From: an uncultured Gammaproteobacteria bacterium
Lineage (GTDB): Bacteria; Pseudomonadota; Gammaproteobacteria; GCA-002705445; GCA-002716945
Direction of reading: 5' to 3'
Length of the DNA: 64,000 nucleotides
NCBI GenBank assembly: GCA_902535975.1
Contig: CACAVP010000004.1
Location: 1,719-65,718, forward strand
Shown: positions 1-8,691 of the stretch, one piece after another
Numbering within the stretch: position 1 is the first letter of the stretch
Layout: each line of letters begins with the position of its first letter
Program-made: the position numbers and the translations under genes
The notes under the pieces: model-generated
Database searches by the model: none
What the model saw: the letters and a program-made list of their open reading frames with translations, nothing else
Told to the model about the DNA's origin: nothing

Positions 1-2
1 AA

Positions 3-440
3 GTGCCTGCAATGGCAAAAGCGACGGCTGACAAGGAGCCAGGCCCAGCTGCAATAGGGAAGTATGTTGCCCCCTTAGCTTTATTGTGGTTTAGGTGGGG
101 TGCAGTTGTCACATGGTTAACAGGTGCAGCATATTTAGGTCATCATGGCCAGTTTATAGATGCATTCACTTTTGCCGGAGGCTATAGCTCTGTAATTGGT
201 GCAGGAGCATGGTTAGGAACAATTATGCTGTTTAATGTTTGGGTACTCATTTGGCCTAATCAACAGAAGGTATTAGGTATGGTAGAGGCTTCAGCTGATG
301 AGATTGCTCAAGCCAAGAAAACAGCTTTGTTGGCCTCTAGGACCAACACTGTGCTTAGTATCCCTATGTTACTTTTCATGGGTGGAGCACATCATCCCGG
401 ATTAGTCTCACTAGCAGCATTACTAACATACACTGTCTAA
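3..440 (+). CDS. Integral membrane protein, probably the C-terminal part of a gene running off the left edge (DUF989/PuuD-like membrane domain?)
   Basis: The frame is open to the window edge. It has hydrophobic helices (LALLWFRWGAVVTWLTGAAYL, GAWLGTIMLFNVWVLIW, VLSIPMLLFMGGAHH) and is followed by a strong hairpin terminator. The family guess comes from motif memory only. Confidence 0.55.
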   Translation: MPAMAKATADKEPGPAAIGKYVAPLALLWFRWGAVVTWLTGAAYLGHHGQFIDAFTFAGGYSSVIGAGAWLGTIMLFNVWVLIWPNQQKVLGMVEASADEIAQAKKTALLASRTNTVLSIPMLLFMGGAHHPGLVSLAALLTYTV

Positions 441-441
441 T

Positions 442-478
442 AAAAAAACCTAGCTTGATAAATTCAAGCTAGGTTTTT
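442..478. terminator. Bidirectional rho-independent terminator between convergent genes
   Basis: A perfect 10-bp stem, cctagcttga (449-458) with tcaagctagg (464-473), has a 5-nt loop. It is flanked by an A-run (442-448) and a T-run (474-478). Confidence 0.8.
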
Positions 479-494
479 ATTTCGTTTTATTGAA

Positions 495-1586
495 CTAGAA
501 CTTATGTGTTAGTCCTATTCCTCTAGTAGTTATATCATCACCAGTTGAATCAAAGTCTTGTTTGATGTAACCAATTGTTAAATCGGAGGACTTACTTAGA
601 TTCATTTGTGCTGAGACTCCAAGTGTCTTGTAGTCGTTTGTAGCAGCACCATCAGAATCACCTTTGGCATAAACAACCTGCCAATCTGTCATACCCATTT
701 TGTAATGAGTCCCGATCGTTGTGATATCACCTTTAGTTGATGAGTTGTATGATCCTGGGATAGATAGATCCTCAAGTGAAACAAAAACTCCCATGTTTGG
801 CATAACTTTCATGGATGCATGGAATCTATCATTACTCTCTCCAGAACCACCACTAACGGCCTGAACATGAGTACGTGAATATCCAAATGAAAGTCCATGG
901 ACTAACATGTCTTTAAAGAGTAAACCCAGTGCGTAATCACCTTGGTCAGTATTAGTGTTGTCATTAGCTGCTCTGTCATCAGATACTGCGTATGTATATG
1001 ACAAAGTTGCAGGACCCATTGTTGCAGAATATGCAAGGACGCTCTCAACATTTCCTGCCATTCCACTAGCACCTTGACTTGTTCCACCATGTTCATTTAA
1101 AGCTATGGCCGTATCCATATTATTGTCATATTGCCCCATAGTTTTATACGGTGTTTCGAATGTACCAGCACCAAAATAACCATATGGTGTTTTAAAGCCT
1201 AAGTTGCCGACATGTAAATCGAATGTTCTACAGCTCGTGGCTTCACTTGTGGATGCACATGACGTTTCATTTGTGGAAGTGCCATCGCCTATATCGAATT
1301 TATATTCCAGATTTCCAACAAGCTGGATTCCACTACTTATAGTCTCCGTGAATTTTAGGCCCAATCTACTTTTATTTCCTCCATCATCTAAGTTTTCAAC
1401 ATCAGCTGCGGAACCCGTTTGCTTGTCATCATATCCAACATACATTCTTCCATAGAAATGAACTCCTGAAGATGATTTTCCTGATGACATTGCATTGTGC
1501 CCTTGATGAGAGCCCATTTGTGCTCCACCAGCAAATGCTGTAGATGAGAAAGCGAGTATGAAGGCCATACTTAAAATATTTTTCAT
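495..1586 (-). CDS. Outer-membrane general porin (Gram-negative porin family)
   Basis: The 363-aa product has the signal peptide MKNILSMAFILAFSSTAFA. Its composition is Gly/Ser/Thr/Asp-rich with alternating beta-strand patterns. The C-terminus ends ...GIGLTHKF, with the terminal Phe typical of OM beta-barrels. Confidence 0.85.
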   Translation of the reverse strand: MKNILSMAFILAFSSTAFAGGAQMGSHQGHNAMSSGKSSSGVHFYGRMYVGYDDKQTGSAADVENLDDGGNKSRLGLKFTETISSGIQLVGNLEYKFDIGDGTSTNETSCASTSEATSCRTFDLHVGNLGFKTPYGYFGAGTFETPYKTMGQYDNNMDTAIALNEHGGTSQGASGMAGNVESVLAYSATMGPATLSYTYAVSDDRAANDNTNTDQGDYALGLLFKDMLVHGLSFGYSRTHVQAVSGGSGESNDRFHASMKVMPNMGVFVSLEDLSIPGSYNSSTKGDITTIGTHYKMGMTDWQVVYAKGDSDGAATNDYKTLGVSAQMNLSKSSDLTIGYIKQDFDSTGDDITTRGIGLTHKF

Positions 1587-1739
1587 CTTTACCCCTATTT
1601 ATTTAACGTTAACACACTTATATTAGGGGATTTTGCACCAAAAATACACACAAATGTGCTATAAATGTAACATAATCTAACAGCTGGCTTTATTTACAAT
1701 TTGATATAGAATTATCCTTTTCGTGCGAGAATGTAAACT

Positions 1740-2912
1740 ATGACTAGCAAAATCATGCCCACTTACAACAGGAAGCCGGTTACCTTTACAAGGGGTGAAG
1801 GCATCTATTTATATGATTCTGAGGGAAAGCAGTATCTTGATGCACTCTGCGGGTTAGCAGTCACAAGCTTAGGTCATTCTCATCCGCTCATAGCAGAAAC
1901 AGTTAGTAAACAGTCTGCAAAATTAATTCACACTTCCAATGCATTTCATATTGAGAGCCAAGAAAAACTGGCAAAAAGATTATGTCAACTAACTGGAATG
2001 GAGAATGTATTTTTCTGTAACTCGGGCGCAGAATCTGTAGAAGCAGCAATTAAAATTGCAAGAAAATATGGTCATGATAAGGATTATAAAAATCCAAAAA
2101 TTATAGTTATGTCTAATAGTTTTCATGGAAGAACTATGGGAGCAATGAGCGCAACATCTAGCACACTCTCTCATGACGCATTTGGACCTATCTTAGACGG
2201 TCTCATCAGAGTAGAATTTAATAAAATTGAAGCCATAAAGAATGTTTTAAGCAATCATGATGACGTATCTGCAATTCTTCTAGAACCAGTTCAGGGCGAG
2301 GGCGGAATAGTTCCATGTGACAAAACATATCTTCAAGAAGTAAGAGATATCTGTAATCAGCAAAATATTTTGCTAATGATAGATGAGGTTCAATCAGGTT
2401 TCTGTAGAACTGGCAGATGGTTTGGCTATCAACACAGTGGGATCTCACCAGATGTTGTTATGGTAGCAAAGGCTCTTGGTAATGGAGTTCCAATTGGAGC
2501 ATGTCTTGCTAGAGGAAGTGCTGCAAATGTTCTCACTGCAGGAATGCATGGTTCGACATTCGGTGGTAATTTCCTATCTACATCTGTTGGATTAAAAGTC
2601 CTTGACATAATGAGAGATAAACAGTTATGTCAGCATGTAATTACTATTAGCAAAGCAATGAAGGAATACATGGAAACAAAGCTTAAAAATCTAAAAGCCG
2701 TCAATGAGATTAGAGTTTGCGGGCTTATGATAGGTATTGAGCTTAAAGAAAATTGCACTGAACTTGTTAAGAAAGCATTAGACAAAGGATTAGTAATTAA
2801 TGTTACTAAACACAAGACTATAAGATTACTTCCACCTTTGATATGCAAAGAAAAAGACCTTTTAAAGATTGTTGATATAATAGAAGAGCTTATAACTGAA
2901 AATTATGAATAA
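1740..2912 (+). CDS. argD: Acetylornithine aminotransferase (class III PLP aminotransferase)
   Basis: The 390-aa product starts IMPTYNRKPVTFTRGEG. Class III motifs are present: FFCNSGAESVEAAIKIAR, DEVQSGFCRTG and the PLP-Lys region VVMVAKALGNG. It overlaps the downstream argF by 8 nt. Confidence 0.9.
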   Translation: MTSKIMPTYNRKPVTFTRGEGIYLYDSEGKQYLDALCGLAVTSLGHSHPLIAETVSKQSAKLIHTSNAFHIESQEKLAKRLCQLTGMENVFFCNSGAESVEAAIKIARKYGHDKDYKNPKIIVMSNSFHGRTMGAMSATSSTLSHDAFGPILDGLIRVEFNKIEAIKNVLSNHDDVSAILLEPVQGEGGIVPCDKTYLQEVRDICNQQNILLMIDEVQSGFCRTGRWFGYQHSGISPDVVMVAKALGNGVPIGACLARGSAANVLTAGMHGSTFGGNFLSTSVGLKVLDIMRDKQLCQHVITISKAMKEYMETKLKNLKAVNEIRVCGLMIGIELKENCTELVKKALDKGLVINVTKHKTIRLLPPLICKEKDLLKIVDIIEELITENYE

Positions 2913-3822
2913 GAGAGATTTCAAGTCACTGATTGATATAAATACCCAAGAATTTAAAAGAATCATACAACAAGCTATTGAGTATAAAGAATTAGATAAA
3001 AAACACTCTATACCAAGGACATATGTTAATAGGACTTTGGCTATGATTTTTAAAAAGAATTCAACTAGAACGAGAGTCTCGTTTGAAACCGCAATGTATA
3101 AACTAGGAGGCCATGCAATTTTTTTATCTGAGAGTTCAACTCAACTAAATAGAGGAGAAGATATATCTGACACGGCCAGAGTACTCTCAGGAATGGTCGA
3201 TCTGATAATGATGAGAACCAACACGCATGAAGAGATAAAGACTTTGGCAGAGAATTCATCTGTTCCAGTAATTAATGGTTTATGCAACCTGTTTCATCCG
3301 TGTCAATTATTAGCAGATATGCAAACTATCGTAGAGACAAAGGGAGATGATTTCAGCAAGTTAACAGTTGCTTGGATTGGTGATGGTAACAACATGTGTA
3401 ACTCATACATAAATGCATCAAAATTACTTAATTTCAGACTTAAAATATCCGTTCCAAATGGATACGAACCAGATAAATATACACTTGATAAATTTGGTGA
3501 AAATGTTGAATTATGTGAGATACCTGGTTCTGCCGTGGATGGAGCCGATGTTGTAACAACAGATGTTTGGGCTAGTATGGGCGATGAACATGAAAATGAA
3601 GAGAGAAAAAAAGTATTTAAGAGCTTCCAGGTTAATATGAATTTAATGTCAAAAGCTACAAAAAATGCCATATTTCTTCATTGTTTGCCTGCTCACAGAG
3701 GTGAGGAAATTGATGACACAATAATTGATTCTTCATACAGTGTCGTGTGGCAGCAAGCTCACAATAGGCTCTACAGCTCTATGGCACTTATAGATTTTTT
3801 ACTGTCTTCAAGCAAAAACTAG
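2905..3822 (+). CDS. argF: Ornithine carbamoyltransferase
   Basis: The 305-aa product has the carbamoyl-phosphate motif STRTR, plus HPCQ, DVWASMG and HCLPAHRGEE. Confidence 0.9.
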   Translation: MNKRDFKSLIDINTQEFKRIIQQAIEYKELDKKHSIPRTYVNRTLAMIFKKNSTRTRVSFETAMYKLGGHAIFLSESSTQLNRGEDISDTARVLSGMVDLIMMRTNTHEEIKTLAENSSVPVINGLCNLFHPCQLLADMQTIVETKGDDFSKLTVAWIGDGNNMCNSYINASKLLNFRLKISVPNGYEPDKYTLDKFGENVELCEIPGSAVDGADVVTTDVWASMGDEHENEERKKVFKSFQVNMNLMSKATKNAIFLHCLPAHRGEEIDDTIIDSSYSVVWQQAHNRLYSSMALIDFLLSSSKN

Positions 3823-5537
3823 AGAGATTCAATCAAATGTAATCTCTTCTGATAGTCATTACATTTAAGAATAGCATTTATTTTTATTTTGAGTGCTTTG
3901 GTATCAGATTGCATTATAAGATTTTTAATCTCAGGAATTGCTTGTGGGTGCATGCTAAAGGATGTCAGACCAAGACCCAACAGAAGTTTAGTATACATCT
4001 TCTCACCTGCCATCTCACCACACACAGTGACGTCTATTTTTGATTTATCGCATGTCTCGATAACTTGTTTTATCAATTGCAGCACAGCTGGGTTTGTTGG
4101 ATCATATAAACTTGTTACCTCATCATCAATTCTATCGATAGCAAGAATATACTGAACAAGATCATTAGTCCCAATTGACATAAAATCAACGTGTTTTGAT
4201 AGTACATTTGACTGAATTGCACTTGCGGGTACTTCAATCATAATACCAACTTCATATTTATGACTGAAAGATTTTTTCTCTTTGATAAGTTCAACTCTAG
4301 CCTCGTCTATTAGTTCTTTCGCTTGATTAATCTCGTCAAGCGTCGTGATCATTGGAATTAATATTCTAAGCCTCCCATTTTTTGCAGCTCTCAACATTGC
4401 CTTGATTTGGACTTTAAAAAGATTTTTTTCATACAAGCTATATCTAATACCTCTTAAGCCTAGCGCGGGATTTTTCACGATTTGGCCAACTTTCATATTT
4501 TCTGATACTTCTTTATCAGAGCCAATATCTAGCGTCCTTAGTGTTACAGGCTTATCTTTTACTTTATTAAAAACTTTGCTGTAAGCTTGGAATTGTTCTT
4601 GTTCCGTAGGTAAATCATTTCGATTCATATATAGATACTCGGTTCTAAACAAACCTACTCCATCAGAACTATCATTTAAAAGCTTTACTTCTTCTGAAAG
4701 CTCAAGATTACACATTACATCTATTTTTATTCTATCCTTGGTAACCGCTTTCTTGTTTGTTGTTTTTTTAAAAGATTTTATTAATGAGTTATTTTCTGAT
4801 TGAATTTTTTTGAAATGCATTAGTTCAATTTCATCAGGATTAACTATGATTATTTGGTTCTCTGGATCCATAATCAGTTTATCGCCATTTTTAATGATAT
4901 TGATTGAAGATTCTACCTTTACTAACATAGGAAGAGCTAAACTTTTGCTCAAGATCGCGCTATGAGAAGAACGACTTCCATGTGATGTTATAACCCCTAG
5001 ACCCTTGCTGTGATGAATATCAATAATATCCTTAGGTGTGATTTCATCAGTTATAATTATTTTATTTTTGATATTATCATTACTGAAAATATCCAATTCT
5101 TTTCTAGACTGAATAAGTTCTAATAGACTGATAATCATTTGTTTAATATCAATTAACCTCTCTTTGATGTATTTGTCTTCAATGTCCTCGAAGGACTTTT
5201 TCATACTGTAGTACTCAGAGGATATAGCCCAACTTGCACTAAATTGATGCTTATTAATTTTTTTAAGAACACTCTCTCTGAAACTTTTATCATCAACAAA
5301 ACTTAGTTGCATATTCATCAGTTTTGTTATCGCAGGATTATTTTTGATTTTTGAGGATGATTTTTTATATTCTGTTTTAAGTTTATTTATTACATCTAAA
5401 CATTTTTTTGCTTCCTTTCTAACCTGATTCTTACTTACAAAAGATGGTGCTTGATCAATATTATCCTTATATATGACGATTGCTTGACCAATGCATATGC
5501 CACGTGAAACACCATCACCTGTGATAATAATACTCAT
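3819..5537 (-). CDS. ptsI: PEP-protein phosphotransferase (PTS Enzyme I), with no N-terminal GAF domain
   Basis: The 572-aa product has the phospho-His region GVITSHGSRSSHSAILSKSLALP. Other EI motifs are GLFRTEYLYM, NPALGLRGIR, MIEVP, SIGTNDLVQY and CGEMAG. It overlaps the upstream HPr gene by 4 nt. Confidence 0.9.
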   Translation of the reverse strand: MSIIITGDGVSRGICIGQAIVIYKDNIDQAPSFVSKNQVRKEAKKCLDVINKLKTEYKKSSSKIKNNPAITKLMNMQLSFVDDKSFRESVLKKINKHQFSASWAISSEYYSMKKSFEDIEDKYIKERLIDIKQMIISLLELIQSRKELDIFSNDNIKNKIIITDEITPKDIIDIHHSKGLGVITSHGSRSSHSAILSKSLALPMLVKVESSINIIKNGDKLIMDPENQIIIVNPDEIELMHFKKIQSENNSLIKSFKKTTNKKAVTKDRIKIDVMCNLELSEEVKLLNDSSDGVGLFRTEYLYMNRNDLPTEQEQFQAYSKVFNKVKDKPVTLRTLDIGSDKEVSENMKVGQIVKNPALGLRGIRYSLYEKNLFKVQIKAMLRAAKNGRLRILIPMITTLDEINQAKELIDEARVELIKEKKSFSHKYEVGIMIEVPASAIQSNVLSKHVDFMSIGTNDLVQYILAIDRIDDEVTSLYDPTNPAVLQLIKQVIETCDKSKIDVTVCGEMAGEKMYTKLLLGLGLTSFSMHPQAIPEIKNLIMQSDTKALKIKINAILKCNDYQKRLHLIESL

Positions 5538-5803
5538 TTTTGTTCATCAAATTTATTGTTAAATAGTTTCTCAATTGATTTCATTGCATCCTTTTGATCA
5601 GCACCATCAACCTCAATACATATTCTTGAACCTTGAGAGGCCGATAACATAAGTAGCTTCATTATACTTCTAGCATCAGCATTTTTTCCATCCTTAGTGA
5701 TTATGATTGTCGATTCAAACTCATTTGCTATTGATACAACTTTAGCTGCAGCTCTGGCGTGAAGTCCTAATTTATTTAGAATCGTAAGCTTTTTTGTGAT
5801 CAT
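5534..5803 (-). CDS. ptsO: HPr-family phosphocarrier (NPr-like)
   Basis: The 89-aa product has the His15 motif NKLGLHARAA and a Ser46-like region DARSIMKLL. It lies in the rpoN-ptsN operon. Confidence 0.85.
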   Translation of the reverse strand: MITKKLTILNKLGLHARAAAKVVSIANEFESTIIITKDGKNADARSIMKLLMLSASQGSRICIEVDGADQKDAMKSIEKLFNNKFDEQK

Positions 5804-6184
5804 CTATATTTTTGAAACCCCTTGAATGCCACCTTCTAGAGCCTTGATTGATAGTTGATCAAGTGTCTTCTCAGGATAGTTGAATACATTGAGAATCATA
5901 GAAAGGTTCAATCCTGCAACAACTTTTATTTTGCCATGATTTATCGAGGACGCGATATTAGATGGAGTAGTTCCAATAATGTCTGTCAATACTAGAACAC
6001 CTGCTCCATTATCAAGGAATTTCACATATTTTTCTGCAAGCTCTTTTACATCATTTGGCTGATCATAATTGTCAACAGACAACAACTCAACTTGAAATGG
6101 ATTTTTTCCAAAGACTGAGGTTGCAGTCAGTAATAATTGTTTTCCAATGTCACTGTGTGTCACTAATAAAATACCAACTTTCAT
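5804..6184 (-). CDS. PTS EIIA component, mannose/fructose (EIIA-Man) family
   Basis: I moved the start to ATG 6184 (MKVGILLVTHSDIGKQLL...), which has the active-site His in the VTHS context typical of EIIA-Man. There is no EIIB, EIIC or EIID gene nearby. Confidence 0.75.
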   Translation of the reverse strand: MKVGILLVTHSDIGKQLLLTATSVFGKNPFQVELLSVDNYDQPNDVKELAEKYVKFLDNGAGVLVLTDIIGTTPSNIASSINHGKIKVVAGLNLSMILNVFNYPEKTLDQLSIKALEGGIQGVSKI

Positions 6185-6185
6185 A

Positions 6186-6644
6186 TTAGATATACTCCAA
6201 GTCATCCGATTGAAAATTATTTATAATTTGAGAACTATTTCTTGCTTGTCTTAATTCTTTTCTTACAGAGGAATTATCAAGCTTGCTGCTCAAACAAGCT
6301 AGTAACTCTAGATGATCATTGTAATTTTTTTCAGGAACAATAATAGAGACAATTATATCTACATCTAGGCTATCTATGTTATCAAATTCCACTGGCTCAT
6401 CCAATATTATAATTGATAGGAATGGGTATTCGATATCCTCAATTCGTGCATGAGGTATCGCAACTCCTTTCCCAATAGATGTTGAACCCAGTTTCTCTCG
6501 CTCATAAAGCTTTTTAAAAATATGATCTCTACTCACACCTGATGGCCTACTTAGGAGATCAGAAATTTTTTCCAATATACTTTTTTTTGTCTTACAGCTA
6601 TCATTCACAGATACATGCGAGTCGTCTAATTTGATTTTAATCAT
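6186..6644 (-). CDS. ptsN: Nitrogen-regulatory PTS EIIA(Ntr)
   Basis: The 152-aa product has the motif GKGVAIPHARIE. It lies immediately downstream of rpoN with an 8-nt overlap. Confidence 0.85.
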   Translation of the reverse strand: MIKIKLDDSHVSVNDSCKTKKSILEKISDLLSRPSGVSRDHIFKKLYEREKLGSTSIGKGVAIPHARIEDIEYPFLSIIILDEPVEFDNIDSLDVDIIVSIIVPEKNYNDHLELLACLSSKLDNSSVRKELRQARNSSQIINNFQSDDLEYI

Positions 6645-7968
6645 CAGTATTTTTTTTTCTCTGCGTTGAATTTGGTATATTTATTCTCTCTCTATATTTT
6701 GTAATTGTTCGTCTTGCCACAGAAACGCCTTTCGCCGTAAAATATTTTGAAATCTCATTATCACTCAAAGGCTTATTTATATTTTCTTCTTTTATGCACT
6801 CTTCAATCATCTTCATAATCACTTTTGATGAGATCATTTTTCCAGTATCAGTAAAAAGTTCAGATGAGAAAAAATATTTTAATTCAAATACTCCTCTTGG
6901 AGTTTGAACAAATTTGTTACTTGTAGCCCTAGACACAGTTGACTCATGAATACCAAGGGACTCAGCAATATCTTTTAGTGTCATTGGTTTCATACCAATA
7001 TCACCATTATTCAGAAAATTTATTTGTCTTTTAAAAATTTCTTTGCATACATTGAGTATTGTTATGCTTCTATTTTTGATAGATTTAATAATGAATTTTG
7101 CCTCATTATAATTTTTCCGAAGGTAATTTAAATCGGTCTTAATCTTGCTCTGTCTCATTAATGAGACATATTCTGCATTTAACTTTAATAATGGTTTATT
7201 TTTGACTAGTTCAGTTACCCATTTACCGTCTCTTTTAAAGATAATTATTTCAGGTGAAATATGATAGGAATCCAATTTTTTTGACACCTCGAGACCAGGT
7301 TTAGGGTTGAGCTTTTTAATAAGCCCAAGTGCGTTCTCATCAAAATCACTACTTTTGTTAAGCTCTGATAAAATGTTACTAAATTTCGAACTATCAATTT
7401 TTTTTAAATGTTGAATTATTTCTGTTGCTTTCTCATATAAGGGTGATTCCTTATATGAGTGATCTAACTGTATGGATAATGAGTCACATAAATCTATTGC
7501 ACATGTTCCAATAGGATCAAATCTCTGAAGAGTGTGCAATACATAAAATATTTCCTGAAACGAGACTTCGATTTCCCTATTGGCCTGAATAAAAATATCT
7601 TTGAGATCTTCTGTTAAATACCCATTATCATTTACACAATCGATTAGTATAGAGGCGATTATTTTTTCATTTACTGAAAATGAAGACATATCTACCTGTC
7701 TATTCAGAGACTCCTGTAAGCTCTCACTCTTTTTATGATATTTTAGAATATCATCAGCGTCTACATTAAGCGCATTGATCAATGATCCTTCATCATAATT
7801 AGATTCGACCTCCTCATCTTTTTCTAAAAGTGGATTTTCTAAAATTAAACTATCTACCTCTTTTTCAAGATCATACGAATTTAGCTGAAGAAGCCTAATA
7901 GCTTGTCTTGTCTGTTGAGATAAGACCTTCCTCTGAGATAATGTTGTTGTTTGTTTTAATTTATTCAC
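6637..7968 (-). CDS. rpoN: RNA polymerase sigma-54 factor
   Basis: The 443-aa product has an N-terminal Q/L-rich region, the HTH LKDIAESLGIHESTVSRA and the RpoN box ARRTITKYRE. Confidence 0.95.
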   Translation of the reverse strand: MNKLKQTTTLSQRKVLSQQTRQAIRLLQLNSYDLEKEVDSLILENPLLEKDEEVESNYDEGSLINALNVDADDILKYHKKSESLQESLNRQVDMSSFSVNEKIIASILIDCVNDNGYLTEDLKDIFIQANREIEVSFQEIFYVLHTLQRFDPIGTCAIDLCDSLSIQLDHSYKESPLYEKATEIIQHLKKIDSSKFSNILSELNKSSDFDENALGLIKKLNPKPGLEVSKKLDSYHISPEIIIFKRDGKWVTELVKNKPLLKLNAEYVSLMRQSKIKTDLNYLRKNYNEAKFIIKSIKNRSITILNVCKEIFKRQINFLNNGDIGMKPMTLKDIAESLGIHESTVSRATSNKFVQTPRGVFELKYFFSSELFTDTGKMISSKVIMKMIEECIKEENINKPLSDNEISKYFTAKGVSVARRTITKYRERINIPNSTQRKKNTDD

Positions 7969-8690
7969 AATTTAAAAGATTCACCTAAATAGACTTTCTT
8001 GACAATTTCATTTTTGACCAGATCCTTAGACTTTCCAGATGCCAGAACTTTACCTGAATTGATAACGTATGATTTATCACATATTTTTAGTGTCTCCCTG
8101 ACATTATGATCGGTAATTAATATTCCTATATCTTCTTTTGCGAGCAGTTTAATAATTTTCTGTATATCTAGTACGGATATTGGATCAATCCCTGCAAATG
8201 GCTCATCAAGTAAAAGGAACTTTGGTTTTAGTGCTAATGCCCTTGCGATTTCAACTCTTCTTCGCTCTCCTCCCGACAATTGAATACCTTTAGTGTTGAT
8301 GAATTTACTTAAATCAAATTTTTCCACTAGATGTTCAAGAATGTCGGATTTTTCTGTTCTACTAAGACTTTTATCAACTTCAAGAATTGCTTCAATATTA
8401 TCTTTTGCTGTCATGTCTCTGAATACTGAAGGCTCTTGTGGTAGATAGCTGATACCTTGTTCAAATCTTTTATGAATTGGCTCGAAAGTGATATTCTCAT
8501 CATTGATGTGAATGCTTCCTTCATCTGATTTCACCAAACCAACTATCATATAGAATGTTGTAGTTTTGCCAGCACCGTTTGGACCTAAAAGGCCTACAAT
8601 CTCTCCAGAGTTGACTTCAAGTGAAACATCATGAACGACTGTCTTACTTTCAAACGATTTTTTTAGACCAACTGATATAAGTGTAGACAT
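7965..8690 (-). CDS. lptB: LPS export ABC transporter ATPase
   Basis: The 241-aa product has Walker A GPNGAGKTT, the signature LSGGERRR and Walker B LLLDEP. Its position between lptC/A and rpoN is conserved. Confidence 0.95.
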   Translation of the reverse strand: MSTLISVGLKKSFESKTVVHDVSLEVNSGEIVGLLGPNGAGKTTTFYMIVGLVKSDEGSIHINDENITFEPIHKRFEQGISYLPQEPSVFRDMTAKDNIEAILEVDKSLSRTEKSDILEHLVEKFDLSKFINTKGIQLSGGERRRVEIARALALKPKFLLLDEPFAGIDPISVLDIQKIIKLLAKEDIGILITDHNVRETLKICDKSYVINSGKVLASGKSKDLVKNEIVKKVYLGESFKL

Positions 8691-8691
8691 A

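Noticed and set aside
1603-1612. A perfect 10-bp palindrome, ttaacgttaa, in the porin/argD divergent region, together with a search for an ARG box upstream of argD.
   Set aside because: A short AT-rich palindrome is expected by chance at this base composition. I found no convincing match to the ArgR operator consensus (TNTGAAT-N4-ATTCANW).
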